From Sphingobacteriia bacterium (GTDB lineage Bacteria > Bacteroidota > Bacteroidia > Chitinophagales > Chitinophagaceae), in contig JAFKLS010000020.1 of NCBI GenBank assembly GCA_017304675.1, positions 54,300 to 118,299 on the forward strand: a stretch of DNA of 64,000 bases, written 5' to 3'. The notes below the pieces were generated by a model. The model worked only from the letters and a program-made list of their open reading frames with translations, had not been told where the DNA came from and did not search any database. Position numbers and translations under genes: made by a program. Below, in pieces: positions 9,992 through 21,002 of this stretch; the stretch's first letter is position 1, and every line of letters starts with the position of its first letter.

Positions 9992-10717
9992 TTATAAAAC
10001 CAGGTGCGAAAGAATAATACCTGTGGCTACTGCTGCATTTAACGATTCTGCTCCACCCAGCCTGGGAATGGTTATTTTTTGCCCGATAAAAGGTTGAATA
10101 TTCTTGCGGATGCCTTTAGACTCGTTGCCGATAACCAAAATACCTTCTTGAATATGCTTCATAGTAAAGAGGCTGTTACCGTTTAACATAGCACCATAAA
10201 CAGGTTTATCCGTATTTCTTAAAAAGTTTTCAATATCGGTATAAACAATATTTACCCTCACAAAACTGCCCATTGTACTTTGTACCACTTTGGGGTTATA
10301 AAGCTCTGCCGTATCTGCGCTGCAAACAATTTGTTTAACTCCAAACCAGTCTGCAATCCTTATAATGGTGCCTAAATTACCCGGATCCTGAATACCGTCT
10401 AATACAATCGTCCACGAATGCTTCATTGCCTTATCGCTCATTGCTTTTTGCCTTATTAGCAATACCACTTGATTAGGTGTTTGCAATTCGCTTATCTGTG
10501 CCAGCTCTTTCTCAGATACCATTGTTGTTCTTTGCTTAATAGCATCCGGCTGTTGCTCTATCCAGCTTTGCAGTGCATAAATCTTTACAATATCCCAATC
10601 GCTGTTTAGCAATTCTTCCGCTAATTTTGGGCCTTCAGCCAAAAAAAGCTTTTCTTGTTCCCTGTTTTTTTTCTGGCACAGAGATTGAATATATTTGATC
10701 TCACTCCTGGTTAACAT
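9992..10717 (-). CDS. TrmH/SpoU family RNA 2'-O-methyltransferase
   Basis: The SpoU motifs DGIQDPGNLGTIIR, VIGNESKGI and AESLNAAVATGI are present. Confidence 0.85.
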   Translation of the reverse strand: MLTRSEIKYIQSLCQKKNREQEKLFLAEGPKLAEELLNSDWDIVKIYALQSWIEQQPDAIKQRTTMVSEKELAQISELQTPNQVVLLIRQKAMSDKAMKHSWTIVLDGIQDPGNLGTIIRIADWFGVKQIVCSADTAELYNPKVVQSTMGSFVRVNIVYTDIENFLRNTDKPVYGAMLNGNSLFTMKHIQEGILVIGNESKGIRKNIQPFIGQKITIPRLGGAESLNAAVATGIILSHLVL

Positions 10718-10722
10718 TAAAT

Positions 10723-13143
10723 ATGAAATTTAATCTTCATTCAATATACAATATAACTGCTTTACTGGGCCTGGCTCTGTTTATTATTTCTTGTTCTGAG
10801 CAAAGAAGAACAATTATTAAAAACTATCAGCCAAATAAAGCGTTTGCTTACAAAAACACGATAACGGTTAATGGTAATCTCACCAAAGATGAGAAAAAAC
10901 AATTAATTGGTAATCTCGCTAATTATTGGGATGATAGTTTGCAGGTAAAAAAATTACAATCTTTTCTCGTCCTGTACAAGGTTAAGAACCCACCTTTATT
11001 TGATACAGCAAATATTTACCGCTCGCAAAAAAACATGAGCAATTATCTTAATTCTTTGGGATATTATTATTCTGAATTCGATTTTCCTTCCATTCACTTT
11101 GATACTATTAATGCCCCGCACGGATACAACCTGTTAATCTTCCCCAAAAACAGGCTGAGAGACCAGATCAGAACCACCCTATCAATGAACATCAGGCTGG
11201 GCAAAAACATTACGGTTGATTCGGTAAATTATGTAATGGCCGACAGCTCTTTGCAACGGATAGCTAAAAATGCTTTTAAAAATGCATATACTTTACCAGG
11301 TAAACCTTATACCAAACAAGGCATCAGTTCAGACTTAGACAGGCTTGCAAAGCTGTACAGAGACAGTGGATATTATAAAATAAACCGAACAGATTTTTAT
11401 GCTTTGGTAGACTCTACCAATAGAAAATTATTAAAATTAACCTTCGATCAGCATGAGCAGGCTAAGCTGCTGATGGAAGCAACCAAAAGCAAAAAAGAAA
11501 ACCCGCAATGGGATGTAACTTTTTACCAAAAAGATATTGACGACTCTTTAAAAATAAGGCGCTACTATATTAACAAAACATATTTCTATCCGGAAACAAA
11601 AGCTACCGAAATAACCGACAGCCTTATGTTAAGCGATAGATTTTACGAAACGGGTAAGAAAGATCTTATACTGCGTTATAAGGAAGGAAAGTTTAGACTG
11701 AGACCTATGAGGGATAATATTTATTTGCGGAAAGACAGTCTCTATAACGAATCAAAAGTATATCGTTCCATTAACAACCTAAGCCGCATTGGTGCATGGC
11801 AGCAGGTAGACCTGAAGATAAAAGACCTGGGCAACGATTCACTTGACCTGTACTATTTTTTAACTCCCAATATTAAGCAGAATTATGAAGTAACCATTGA
11901 AGGCTCTCAAAACACCGGCGACATTGCATCCAGCAATCTTTTAGGTATCTCCACAACCATCGCTTACCGAAACAGGAATGTATGGAAGCAGGCCACACAA
12001 TCTACCACCAGTTTGCGGGGTGGTATTGAATTGAACACATGGAACAGCAGGAACACTACTAATGATCTCTTGCAAACCATACAAGCCGGTATTGCACATA
12101 CGTATAGTTTTCCGAGATTGATACAGCCATTTAAAAATTGGGATTATCTTAAAACATTCGATAATAAAAAGACCAATATTTCCTTCGCTGCATCTTACAC
12201 AGACAGGAAACAGTATTATGTGATTCGTAACCTGAATGCCTCTTTAGGATACGAATGGCTGAAAGGGCCTTATGCCTGGAGTTTTAAACCATTGAATATA
12301 GAATTATACGGATTAGATACATTGCCCAAATTTGATTCCCTGATTCACAGCAATCCTTTTCTGAAGAACTCTTTCAGAGATGGAAATGTATTTGGCCTGA
12401 TATTAGGTGTTGCCAGAACTTTTATTAGCAAAAGAAATCCCAATATCAATCATTACTTGAGATTGGGGTTTGAAGAATCGGGTACAATTACTTCTTTGTT
12501 GATTAAAAGTGACCGGTTATTTGAATATCAAAAACTGGAAGGAGAATATCGTTTTCATCATAAGTACAAAAAAACCGATTTTGGAGCGAGGTATTTTATG
12601 GGGGTTGTTTTCCCACGCAGAGACCAGCATACACCCGTATATAAACAATTTTTTATGGGGGGGCCAAACAGCATGAGAGCATGGGGCTTAAGGCAATTGG
12701 GGCTTGGCTCATCTATTTTAAGCGATACCAGCACTACCGGCTATACAGACAGGTTTGGCGATTTTGCCATAGAAGCCAATGTTGAATACCGGTTTAACCT
12801 GTTAGAGTTCAGTTCTTTTAAATTAGCCAGTGCCATCTTCGCAGATGCCGGTAATATATGGTCTTTAAAAAATAACCCCACCGACCCTAATGCGCAATTC
12901 AGATTAAACAAATTGTACCAGGATATTGCTCTTGGCGTAGGAACCGGTATAAGAGTAGATTTTTCTTACGTTCTGATCAGATTAGATGTTGGCTATAAAG
13001 TAAAAGACCCCGCCAGGCAAGATGCTAACGGGTTAATTAATAACGGCTGGATGAGTTTCCCTATTAAGTTAAAAGAACAACGTATGAATGGTGTTTCGGT
13101 TAATAATTATACTTTTCAACTGGGTATTAATTTACCGTTTTAA
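10723..13143 (+). CDS. BamA/TamA-family outer-membrane protein (surface antigen D15 barrel)
   Basis: 806 aa with a lipoprotein-like signal, POTRA-like N-terminal region and a C-terminal Omp85 barrel ending ...FQLGINLPF. Confidence 0.75.
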   Translation: MKFNLHSIYNITALLGLALFIISCSEQRRTIIKNYQPNKAFAYKNTITVNGNLTKDEKKQLIGNLANYWDDSLQVKKLQSFLVLYKVKNPPLFDTANIYRSQKNMSNYLNSLGYYYSEFDFPSIHFDTINAPHGYNLLIFPKNRLRDQIRTTLSMNIRLGKNITVDSVNYVMADSSLQRIAKNAFKNAYTLPGKPYTKQGISSDLDRLAKLYRDSGYYKINRTDFYALVDSTNRKLLKLTFDQHEQAKLLMEATKSKKENPQWDVTFYQKDIDDSLKIRRYYINKTYFYPETKATEITDSLMLSDRFYETGKKDLILRYKEGKFRLRPMRDNIYLRKDSLYNESKVYRSINNLSRIGAWQQVDLKIKDLGNDSLDLYYFLTPNIKQNYEVTIEGSQNTGDIASSNLLGISTTIAYRNRNVWKQATQSTTSLRGGIELNTWNSRNTTNDLLQTIQAGIAHTYSFPRLIQPFKNWDYLKTFDNKKTNISFAASYTDRKQYYVIRNLNASLGYEWLKGPYAWSFKPLNIELYGLDTLPKFDSLIHSNPFLKNSFRDGNVFGLILGVARTFISKRNPNINHYLRLGFEESGTITSLLIKSDRLFEYQKLEGEYRFHHKYKKTDFGARYFMGVVFPRRDQHTPVYKQFFMGGPNSMRAWGLRQLGLGSSILSDTSTTGYTDRFGDFAIEANVEYRFNLLEFSSFKLASAIFADAGNIWSLKNNPTDPNAQFRLNKLYQDIALGVGTGIRVDFSYVLIRLDVGYKVKDPARQDANGLINNGWMSFPIKLKEQRMNGVSVNNYTFQLGINLPF

Positions 13144-13962
13144 ATTTTCGTTCATCTGTTCAAAAAATTTATAAAAGAATAACAACTGGTATTGTATGGC
13201 ATTGCTCCAGTAATTCCAATCATGTTTTCCCGGCCTTTCAATATAATCATGTGGTATTTGTAGCTGCAACATTTTTACGTGCAGGGCCTTGTTATCATTA
13301 TAAAAAAAATCGTCCGTTCCGCAATCGAAAATAATCTTCTGTCTGGTTTTAGGGTATTTTTCAACCACCCATAATACAGAATAATTTTTCCAATTATCTG
13401 CGTAATGTGCCGTATCGCCTATCCTTTTAGCCACATCAAATTTCCTGGTGCTATAATGTAAATCCACGCCACCGCTCATGCTGCCACAGGCCCCATATAT
13501 ATCCGCATGCCTTAATCCTAAAAATAGGCCGCCATGCCCGCCCATGCTTAAACCCGTAATAGCTCTGGCGTTGGCAGCAGCAATGGTTTTATAATGGGTA
13601 TCAATATAATTTATCAGTTCATTGGCAACAAAGGTTTCGTATTTAAAAGTTGTGTCTATCGGGCTATCAAAATACCAACTACTGTACCCGCCATCGGGGC
13701 AAACGATCAATAACCGATAATCGCTGGCATATCGCTCTATCTGCGGAACGTTTTTTATCCAATTAGTATAATCTCCACTAAAGCCATGTAAAAGATACAC
13801 TACCGGAAAGCGATCACTTTCTTTCGTGTATGAGTTGGGAGTAATAACAATTGTTTTAATGGTTTTATGCATTGCCTTGCTGTATACCTGTACCGTATCT
13901 ACTCCTGCAATGACAATATTTGCAGCAAGCACCCATGCCGTCAGTAAAAACAATTTTTTCAT
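13132..13962 (-). CDS. Secreted esterase (putative esterase/esterase D family, alpha/beta hydrolase)
   Basis: The GLSMGGHG nucleophile elbow is present. I moved the start to the ATG at 13962 (MKKLFLLTAWVLA signal peptide), 1 nt after the upstream gene's stop. Confidence 0.8.
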   Translation of the reverse strand: MKKLFLLTAWVLAANIVIAGVDTVQVYSKAMHKTIKTIVITPNSYTKESDRFPVVYLLHGFSGDYTNWIKNVPQIERYASDYRLLIVCPDGGYSSWYFDSPIDTTFKYETFVANELINYIDTHYKTIAAANARAITGLSMGGHGGLFLGLRHADIYGACGSMSGGVDLHYSTRKFDVAKRIGDTAHYADNWKNYSVLWVVEKYPKTRQKIIFDCGTDDFFYNDNKALHVKMLQLQIPHDYIERPGKHDWNYWSNAIQYQLLFFYKFFEQMNENLKR

Positions 13963-13963
13963 A

Positions 13964-16075
13964 TCAGAATTTGGGGGTAATGCCCATATTGAATAAAATA
14001 AAAGAATAAATATTCGCAGTTTGCTCAATTGCTTTTGCCGTATTACTTGAACCATGCCCCGAATTGGTATCGATCATGATTAATGTAGGGTTTTTGCTTG
14101 TATTTTTTTCCTGCAAAGTAGCTGCATATTTAAAAGAGTGTGCAGGCACCACCCTATCATCATGATCCGCGGTAGTAATTAATGTTGCGGGATAATCCTG
14201 CGCTTTAATATTGTGTATGGGAGAATAAGCATACAAAGCTTTAAATTCTTCCGCATTATCGCTGCTTCCATAATCAGCAATCCAGTTCCATCCGATTGTG
14301 AATTTTTGAAACCGCAGCATATCCATTACTCCAACTTGCGGAATCGCCACTTTGCACAGGTTGGGGCGTTGATTAATTACTGCGCCTACCAGTAAGCCTC
14401 CATTGCTCCCTCCGCGTAAACTGAGGTAATTATTAGAAGTATAATTGTTTTTAATGAGGTATTCGCCGGCTGCAATAAAATCGTCGAATACGTTTTGCTT
14501 TTTCAGCTTCATTCCGGCTTCATGCCATTTTTCGCCATACTCTCCTCCTCCTCTTAAATTGGCTACTGCATAAACACCGCCTTGTTCTAACCACGGTATT
14601 AAAGAGGCGCTAAAAGCAGGGGTTGAGTTAATATTAAATCCACCATAGCCGTACAAGATGGTTGGATTTTTTCCATTCTTTAGCATATTTTTTTTAGAAA
14701 CAATAAACATAGGCACCCTGGTTCCATCTTTGCTTGTATAAAAAATCTGCTCTACATTATAATCTGAAGGGTTGAAGCTAAGTTCAGGTTTTTGAAAAAC
14801 TTCGCTTTTGCCCGTAGCTATATCGTATTTAAAAATAGTTGGCGGGTAGTTAAATGTAGAGAAAGTATAGAAAGTAAAAGCATCATCCATGTTACCCCCA
14901 AAGCCACTAACATTTCCCAAAGCAGGTAGTTTTACTTCGCCCAATTGTTTCCCCTTAAAATCGTATTCATAAACCCTTCCGGTAACATCTTTCAAATAAG
15001 TTACAAACAACCTGCCGCCAACACTGGAAACATTTTGCATAGGTTCGGCTTTTTCAGCAATAATTTCTTTCCATTCACTCGTAGCAGATACTGTAAATTC
15101 AACGATTTTCCGGTTAGTGGCTTTATCGTTCGTAACAATTAATATTTTGTTTCCAACATTATCTATAACAGAATAAGAGCTCTTTCCTATTTCCTTTATA
15201 ATAGGTTTGAATGTTTTATCAGGAGATTGATTGTCTTTGTACCAAAGTGCATTTCCATCAAGCCCCTTACCCCTATCGCTTATTGTTAAGAAAACAAATC
15301 TTTCATCTTCACTGGTGCCAGCAATATTAAAACGCTGTACATTATTCCTGTCTTCATACACAAGCTCGTCAGCATTTTGAGAAGTGCCTACTTTGTGAAA
15401 CCATACCTGGTGATTTTCGTTTTTACCAGCCAATTCTTTTCCTTTTTCAGGTGTTGGGTAACGGCTGTAATAAAAGCCATTGCCCTGCCATGCGGCGCCA
15501 GATACTTTTACCCAGTTTAACTCATCTGCAAGGTCTTTGCCGGTTTCCATATCTCTTACATAGTATGTTTGCCAGTCGCTACCACCTTTTGAAATTCCCC
15601 AAACAGCATACTTGCCATTCTTGCTCAGATTAAACAGTACCAAGCGGGTAGTGCCATCAGTAGATAATTTATTCGGATCGAGTACCAATTCAGGTGCACC
15701 GTTCAATCCTTTCTGCCTGTATAACACACTCTGGTTTTGTAATCCGTTATTTTTATAGAAATAAAACCAATCTCCTTTTTTTTGCGGTGCAGTATATTTT
15801 GCATAATTACTTACCTGTTCTATTCTTTTTTTGAAGCCGTCTTTAAAAGCAATCTGAGAAAAATAATTGTTGGTTACTTCATTCTCCGCCTTCACCCATG
15901 CTTTGGTATCGTCGCTATTATCGTCTTCCAGCCAGCGATAAGGATCTTCTATTTTTGTTCCATGATACTCATCAACCTGACTTACTTTTTTGGTGACAGG
16001 ATATTTCAGTTGTGCATTAGATGCCAATACTATAAAAAACAAAAATGAAAAGAGGGATGCTTTTCTCATATGCAA
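13964..16075 (-). CDS. Prolyl oligopeptidase (S9A prolyl endopeptidase)
   Basis: 703 aa. An N-terminal beta-propeller (YPVTKK...DPYRWLED) and a catalytic domain with GGSNGGLL are present. Confidence 0.9.
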   Translation of the reverse strand: MHMRKASLFSFLFFIVLASNAQLKYPVTKKVSQVDEYHGTKIEDPYRWLEDDNSDDTKAWVKAENEVTNNYFSQIAFKDGFKKRIEQVSNYAKYTAPQKKGDWFYFYKNNGLQNQSVLYRQKGLNGAPELVLDPNKLSTDGTTRLVLFNLSKNGKYAVWGISKGGSDWQTYYVRDMETGKDLADELNWVKVSGAAWQGNGFYYSRYPTPEKGKELAGKNENHQVWFHKVGTSQNADELVYEDRNNVQRFNIAGTSEDERFVFLTISDRGKGLDGNALWYKDNQSPDKTFKPIIKEIGKSSYSVIDNVGNKILIVTNDKATNRKIVEFTVSATSEWKEIIAEKAEPMQNVSSVGGRLFVTYLKDVTGRVYEYDFKGKQLGEVKLPALGNVSGFGGNMDDAFTFYTFSTFNYPPTIFKYDIATGKSEVFQKPELSFNPSDYNVEQIFYTSKDGTRVPMFIVSKKNMLKNGKNPTILYGYGGFNINSTPAFSASLIPWLEQGGVYAVANLRGGGEYGEKWHEAGMKLKKQNVFDDFIAAGEYLIKNNYTSNNYLSLRGGSNGGLLVGAVINQRPNLCKVAIPQVGVMDMLRFQKFTIGWNWIADYGSSDNAEEFKALYAYSPIHNIKAQDYPATLITTADHDDRVVPAHSFKYAATLQEKNTSKNPTLIMIDTNSGHGSSNTAKAIEQTANIYSFILFNMGITPKF

Positions 16076-16118
16076 GATTTTATATGTGCTAAAGATTGAA
16101 GTTGAAATTTATAAAATT

Positions 16119-18116
16119 TTATTTACGTTTAGCCGTTTTCTTTTCTTTTGTTGCCACATTCAACTGCCACTCATAATCCAACTGTCTTTTCTCAAGGTTA
16201 GCTGCCACTACTTTAATTGTAACCTTATCGCCTATTTTAAATTTCCGGCCACTTCTTTTGCCCACCAGTGAATAATCGCTTTCTATAAGCCTGAAATCAT
16301 CATAATCACTCAGGCTTATAATGCTTACCAATCCTTCGCATTTATGCTCAACTGTTTCTACCCAAAAGCCAAAGCCGGCAACACCACTGATTACTCCATC
16401 AAATACTTCACCCAAATGGCTTTGCATAAATTCAACCTGCTTGTACTTATTCCCGGCCCGCTCACACTCCATTGCAGCCCTTTCTTTATCGCTGCAATGT
16501 TTGCATTCTTCTTCCATTTTTTTATCGATCATCGGTTTATGGTCCAATACGGTTTGCAATACACGGTGCACCAATACATCAGGGTATCTTCTTATAGGTG
16601 AAGTAAAATGACAATAATATTCAAATGCCAGGCCGTAGTGCCCAATGTTCTGTGTGGTATATACTGCTTTTGCCATAGTGCGTATACCCAGTTGCTCTAA
16701 TACATGTTGTTCTGGTTTGCCTTTTGCATTCAGTAACATTTCATTAAAGCTCTCTGCAATTTTTTCAGGAGATGATATATTGAACTGATGCCCATATTTT
16801 CGGGCAAACTCAATAAAAGGTTTTAATTTTTCTTCATCCGGCTGGTCGTGTACCCTATATGGAAAAGGAATAGGTTTATGGTTTAACTCTATCTTGGCAA
16901 TATTTTCTGCAACGGTTCTATTAGCCAACAGCATCAATTCTTCAATCAGCTGGTGTGCTTCTTTACTTTCTTTCACCATAATACCAATGGGTTTTCCCTG
17001 TTCGTCCAGTTTAAAACGCACTTCCTGAGAAGAAAAGTTAATAGCTCCTTTTTTAAACCGTTTTTTCCTTAACCGTTGCGCAATACCGTTTAAGAATAAG
17101 ATTTCCTCTTTATACAAGCCGTCTTCCTGTTCAATAATTTCCTGCACGTCTTCATAAGTAAAACGATGATCGGAATGGGTAACCGTTCTACCCAACCAAT
17201 ATTGTTTCACTTCGCCCTTGTCGTTCATTTGAAATATGGCAGAAAAAGTAAATTTATCTTCATGAGGGCGGAGAGAACATAATTCGTTCGATATTTTTTC
17301 TGGCAGCATTGGGTTTACGCGATCAGGCAAATACACCGATGTTGCCCGTTTATATGCTTCGGCATCTAATGCAGTACCCGGCTGCACATAATAGCTCACA
17401 TCGGCAATATGTACCCCCACTTCATACAACCCATTCTTTAATGTTCTGATTGAAATGGCATCGTCAAAATCTTTTGCATCCACCGGATCAATCGTAAATG
17501 TTAATGTTTCCCTACAATCTTTTCTTTTGGCAATTTCTTTTTTATCCAATACCACCGGCAGTTTTGCAGTTTCTTTTAAAACATCTTCTTCAAACGCAAG
17601 AGGAAAGCCGTTTTCAATCAATAATTCTTTCATTGCCGCATCGTTTGCATTTACTGCATTAATGCTGCCTACCACTTCTCCAACCGGTTTCTTATCATCC
17701 TTATTCCAACGTATTATGCGTACTACAACACGCTCTTTGTTTTTGGCGCCGTTAAGTTTTGGTAGTGGTATAAAAAAGTCCGGCATGGGCCTGTCTGTAT
17801 CCGGAATAAAAAAAGCGAAATTGGTAGATAGCTGAATATACCCTACAAACTCCGTTTGTTTTCGTTCTACCACTTCCACAATCCTTCCTTCCCTTTTTCC
17901 GGTATTTACATTTTCTTTTACAACTTTTGCCCGTACAACATCTCCGTGTAAAGCATTTGTAAAATCGCCGGGCCTTATTAAAATATCATTTTTACCATCG
18001 CCTATAATTACATAACCAACCCCGCTTCTGGTAACATCTAACACACCTTTATAACTGGCTGCAACTTTATGAGTTTGTTTTGAGGTGCTGTGTTTTTTCT
18101 TTTTTGTGTTCTTCAT
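16119..18116 (-). CDS. rnr: Ribonuclease R
   Basis: 665 aa. A cold-shock-like N-terminus, the RNB domain (DPVDAKDFDDAIS) and a C-terminal S1 domain with a basic tail are present. Confidence 0.9.
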   Translation of the reverse strand: MKNTKKKKHSTSKQTHKVAASYKGVLDVTRSGVGYVIIGDGKNDILIRPGDFTNALHGDVVRAKVVKENVNTGKREGRIVEVVERKQTEFVGYIQLSTNFAFFIPDTDRPMPDFFIPLPKLNGAKNKERVVVRIIRWNKDDKKPVGEVVGSINAVNANDAAMKELLIENGFPLAFEEDVLKETAKLPVVLDKKEIAKRKDCRETLTFTIDPVDAKDFDDAISIRTLKNGLYEVGVHIADVSYYVQPGTALDAEAYKRATSVYLPDRVNPMLPEKISNELCSLRPHEDKFTFSAIFQMNDKGEVKQYWLGRTVTHSDHRFTYEDVQEIIEQEDGLYKEEILFLNGIAQRLRKKRFKKGAINFSSQEVRFKLDEQGKPIGIMVKESKEAHQLIEELMLLANRTVAENIAKIELNHKPIPFPYRVHDQPDEEKLKPFIEFARKYGHQFNISSPEKIAESFNEMLLNAKGKPEQHVLEQLGIRTMAKAVYTTQNIGHYGLAFEYYCHFTSPIRRYPDVLVHRVLQTVLDHKPMIDKKMEEECKHCSDKERAAMECERAGNKYKQVEFMQSHLGEVFDGVISGVAGFGFWVETVEHKCEGLVSIISLSDYDDFRLIESDYSLVGKRSGRKFKIGDKVTIKVVAANLEKRQLDYEWQLNVATKEKKTAKRK

Positions 18117-18118
18117 AA

Positions 18119-19201
18119 CTAATCTTGATTAAGGGTGAAATGCCGGATGAAATCGGTAACGATACTATCAAATTGTGCTGCCTCATCAAACAGAAAAAGA
18201 TGTTGTATGGGCAATACATAAAAAGGAATGTCTTTTAATTCTTCCCGAAACTTATGCAATCTAACTGCATCTTTCTCAGTAGTAATGATGGCTTTATGCG
18301 AAGCATCCATTTCATAAAATTTCTGTTTAATTTCATTCAAATCATCAATTGAAAAAATATGATGATCGCCATAAGATTTTTCGTAGTAAGTGGCTGTATG
18401 CTCTACTATATAATTTTTCAGAGGCACAGGATTCGCTATACCACTCACCAGGAGCACTTCCTGCTCGTGAGAAAGTGTTATTGTATTTTGCTGATGGATT
18501 ATATGGTAAGGTTTACCATATTGAATAGTGGTAAAAAAAGCTTTTTGTTTTTTTTGCAAACGCAGGCTTTTAATAATCTTTTGCTTCTTGTCTGCACTTA
18601 GATCCGGCGGGCATTTTGTAATAACAATAATATCAGCTCTTCTTGCAGAGGCCCACTCATCTCTTAACTCGCCTGTAGGCAAGAAGAAATCGTGTATGTA
18701 TTGATTGTTGTAATCGCTCAATAAAATATTCAATCCTGCTTTTACTGCCCTGTGCTGAAAAGCATCGTCTAAAATAATTGCCTGCAACCCTTTTACATCT
18801 TCTATCAGGTATGGAATTGCCACTAAACGCTCTTCGCCAACCGCAACAGCAACATCAGGGAATTTTAAATGGAATTGCATGGGCTCATCTCCAATCTCCA
18901 ACGCGGTAGTTTGTTCACTCGCCAGAGCATAACCTTTTGTTTTGCGTTTATACCCACGGCTTAGGGTGGCAATTTTAAATTGTGGATGCAGTAATTGAAC
19001 AAGGTACTCAACCATTGGAGATTTTCCTGTACCGCCAACGGCAAGGTTACCAATACAAATAACAGGAAAATTAAATGTTGCAGATTTAAGTATGTTCCTA
19101 TCGAACAGCCTGTTCCTGATAATGATGATTAAACCATAGATTAATGACAGAGGCAATAAAACAACACGAAAAGATTTAAGGAACAGGTTATTAAAATTCA
19201 T
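18119..19201 (-). CDS. lpxK: Tetraacyldisaccharide 4'-kinase
   Basis: P-loop GNLAVGGTGKSPMVEYL; length and layout are typical of LpxK. Confidence 0.9.
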   Translation of the reverse strand: MNFNNLFLKSFRVVLLPLSLIYGLIIIIRNRLFDRNILKSATFNFPVICIGNLAVGGTGKSPMVEYLVQLLHPQFKIATLSRGYKRKTKGYALASEQTTALEIGDEPMQFHLKFPDVAVAVGEERLVAIPYLIEDVKGLQAIILDDAFQHRAVKAGLNILLSDYNNQYIHDFFLPTGELRDEWASARRADIIVITKCPPDLSADKKQKIIKSLRLQKKQKAFFTTIQYGKPYHIIHQQNTITLSHEQEVLLVSGIANPVPLKNYIVEHTATYYEKSYGDHHIFSIDDLNEIKQKFYEMDASHKAIITTEKDAVRLHKFREELKDIPFYVLPIQHLFLFDEAAQFDSIVTDFIRHFTLNQD

Positions 19202-19760
19202 AAATATTGTCTGGCGTAATGCAATAATCTAAAGGTACGTCAAATTGGTTTGTATCGTCTATACGATCCACCGCTTCAAAATAACTAAAACCAATGGCAA
19301 GGGTTTCCTGATGGCAATTAATCAGGAACCGGTCATAAAAGCCTTTACCATAACCAACCCTATACCCTTTTTCATCAAAAGCTATCAGTGGAACAAAAAC
19401 GAGGTCTATGTCGAATGGCTGGATCACTACTCCCGTCTTAGGTTCTGTAAGGCCATATTGGTTGTTTATAAAAACAGTATCATCATGTGTTAAATGAGCC
19501 TGCATAGAATGATTGTTAAAGTTGGTTACCGGATAGGCAATCTGCAAGCCGGGAAGCATATGTTTCAGATAGCGAGTAAAAATATGCGTATTGGGTTCGT
19601 TAAAGTTTGTAATAGGCCAGTAGCTCATTACTGAGTGGATAGATTGAAAATTAAGTTGCTGAAACTGGATCAGCATCAAATCATCGAGGCGCAATTTATT
19701 GCTATGCTCTAATGAAAGGCGTTTTTGTTTGTAAATATTTCTCAATTCCTTTTTCGTCAT
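19191..19760 (-). CDS. 5-formyltetrahydrofolate cyclo-ligase
   Basis: 189 aa. The GYGKGFYDRFL motif is present. It overlaps lpxK by 11 nt. Confidence 0.85.
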   Translation of the reverse strand: MTKKELRNIYKQKRLSLEHSNKLRLDDLMLIQFQQLNFQSIHSVMSYWPITNFNEPNTHIFTRYLKHMLPGLQIAYPVTNFNNHSMQAHLTHDDTVFINNQYGLTEPKTGVVIQPFDIDLVFVPLIAFDEKGYRVGYGKGFYDRFLINCHQETLAIGFSYFEAVDRIDDTNQFDVPLDYCITPDNIYEF

Positions 19761-20404
19761 ATGCTAGCCAATAATTTTGTTCTTATTTTTTGCGACTGCA
19801 AGTAAATAGCATTACGATCTGTATTATGTAACAAAGGTATGCTTCCCAGCGATGGAATGCCCGTCCAGCGAACAATGTCTTCTTCATAATCTAAATATTG
19901 ATCATTAAATACCCACCCCAACACTTCAATATTGTATTGCCTGCAAGCAGCGGCAGTTAACAGTGAATGATTGATGCTACCAAGGTAATTCCTGCTCACT
20001 AAAATAACTTTCGCATTTAACTCTTTAATAATATCTACAATAAATTCTTTTTCATTTATGGGAACCATTAACCCTCCGGCGCCTTCTATAATGAGATAAG
20101 GGTTTTCTGATTGTAACCTGGAAAATGCAGATTTTATTTTTTCAATTCTGATAACCTCACCTTCCTCCCTGGCTGCAATATGCGGCGAAGCCGGCATTTT
20201 GAGTTTGTATGTTTCCGGATGAATTTTTGAGAAGCTGTTGCTCAGTAAACCCTTTATGCGCAAGGCATCCGTTCCATCATCAAAACCGGCTTGAACAGGC
20301 TTCCAATAGTCGGCCTGCAAAGCTTCTGTAATGATTGCGCTTACAATGGTTTTACCAATATCTGTTCCTATACCTGTTATAAAAATAGGTGTCATCATAA
20401 ACAA
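19757..20404 (-). CDS. bioD: Dethiobiotin synthase
   Basis: ITGIGTDIGKT P-loop and IEGAGGLMVP are present. The start may be one of the downstream Met codons. Confidence 0.85.
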   Translation of the reverse strand: MFMMTPIFITGIGTDIGKTIVSAIITEALQADYWKPVQAGFDDGTDALRIKGLLSNSFSKIHPETYKLKMPASPHIAAREEGEVIRIEKIKSAFSRLQSENPYLIIEGAGGLMVPINEKEFIVDIIKELNAKVILVSRNYLGSINHSLLTAAACRQYNIEVLGWVFNDQYLDYEEDIVRWTGIPSLGSIPLLHNTDRNAIYLQSQKIRTKLLASI

Positions 20405-20459
20405 TAACGGGCAATTAGCATTAAAAAATTATCTGTTATTTATGAGCCGGAATATTTTT

Positions 20460-21002
20460 CTAAGGTTCACACGTAAAAAAACTGAAAAGAGTGGTTCCAT
20501 AATTCCTGACAAATTTAAATCCATTGAAAGACTCATAACCATTGCGGGGGGTATGTTCCAATACAAAATACCCACCTTCTGCAATCAGTTTTTGAGAAAC
20601 AATTATTTTAGGAAGTTCATCTATAGCTCCCAGGGCGTAAGGCGGCCCTGCAAAAATAAAATCATATTGTTCTTTACAGGTTGATAAGAAAGTAAACACA
20701 TCCATCTTTAATACTTTAGCATTTTCTGCTCCCAGCATTTCCAGGTTTTTCCTGATGAAATCATACATTACATGGTCTTTCTCTACAATAGTAAGGTCTT
20801 CTGCCCCACGTGAAGCCAGTTCATAGCTAATACAACCGGTTCCGCCAAAAAGGTCGAGTGTTTTGATACCTGTGAAATCAATCCTGTTCTGTAAAATATT
20901 GAACAAACCTTCTTTTGCAATATCAGTTGTAGGCCTTGTGTGAGGCATTTTTGCAGGAGGGCTTATTCTTCTTCCTCCCCATTTTCCTGAAATAATCCTC
21001 AT
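20460..21002 (-). CDS. rsmD: 16S rRNA (guanine966-N2)-methyltransferase RsmD
   Basis: MRIISGKWGGRRI...DLFGGTG...FAGPPY are the classic RsmD motifs. Confidence 0.9.
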   Translation of the reverse strand: MRIISGKWGGRRISPPAKMPHTRPTTDIAKEGLFNILQNRIDFTGIKTLDLFGGTGCISYELASRGAEDLTIVEKDHVMYDFIRKNLEMLGAENAKVLKMDVFTFLSTCKEQYDFIFAGPPYALGAIDELPKIIVSQKLIAEGGYFVLEHTPRNGYESFNGFKFVRNYGTTLFSFFTCEP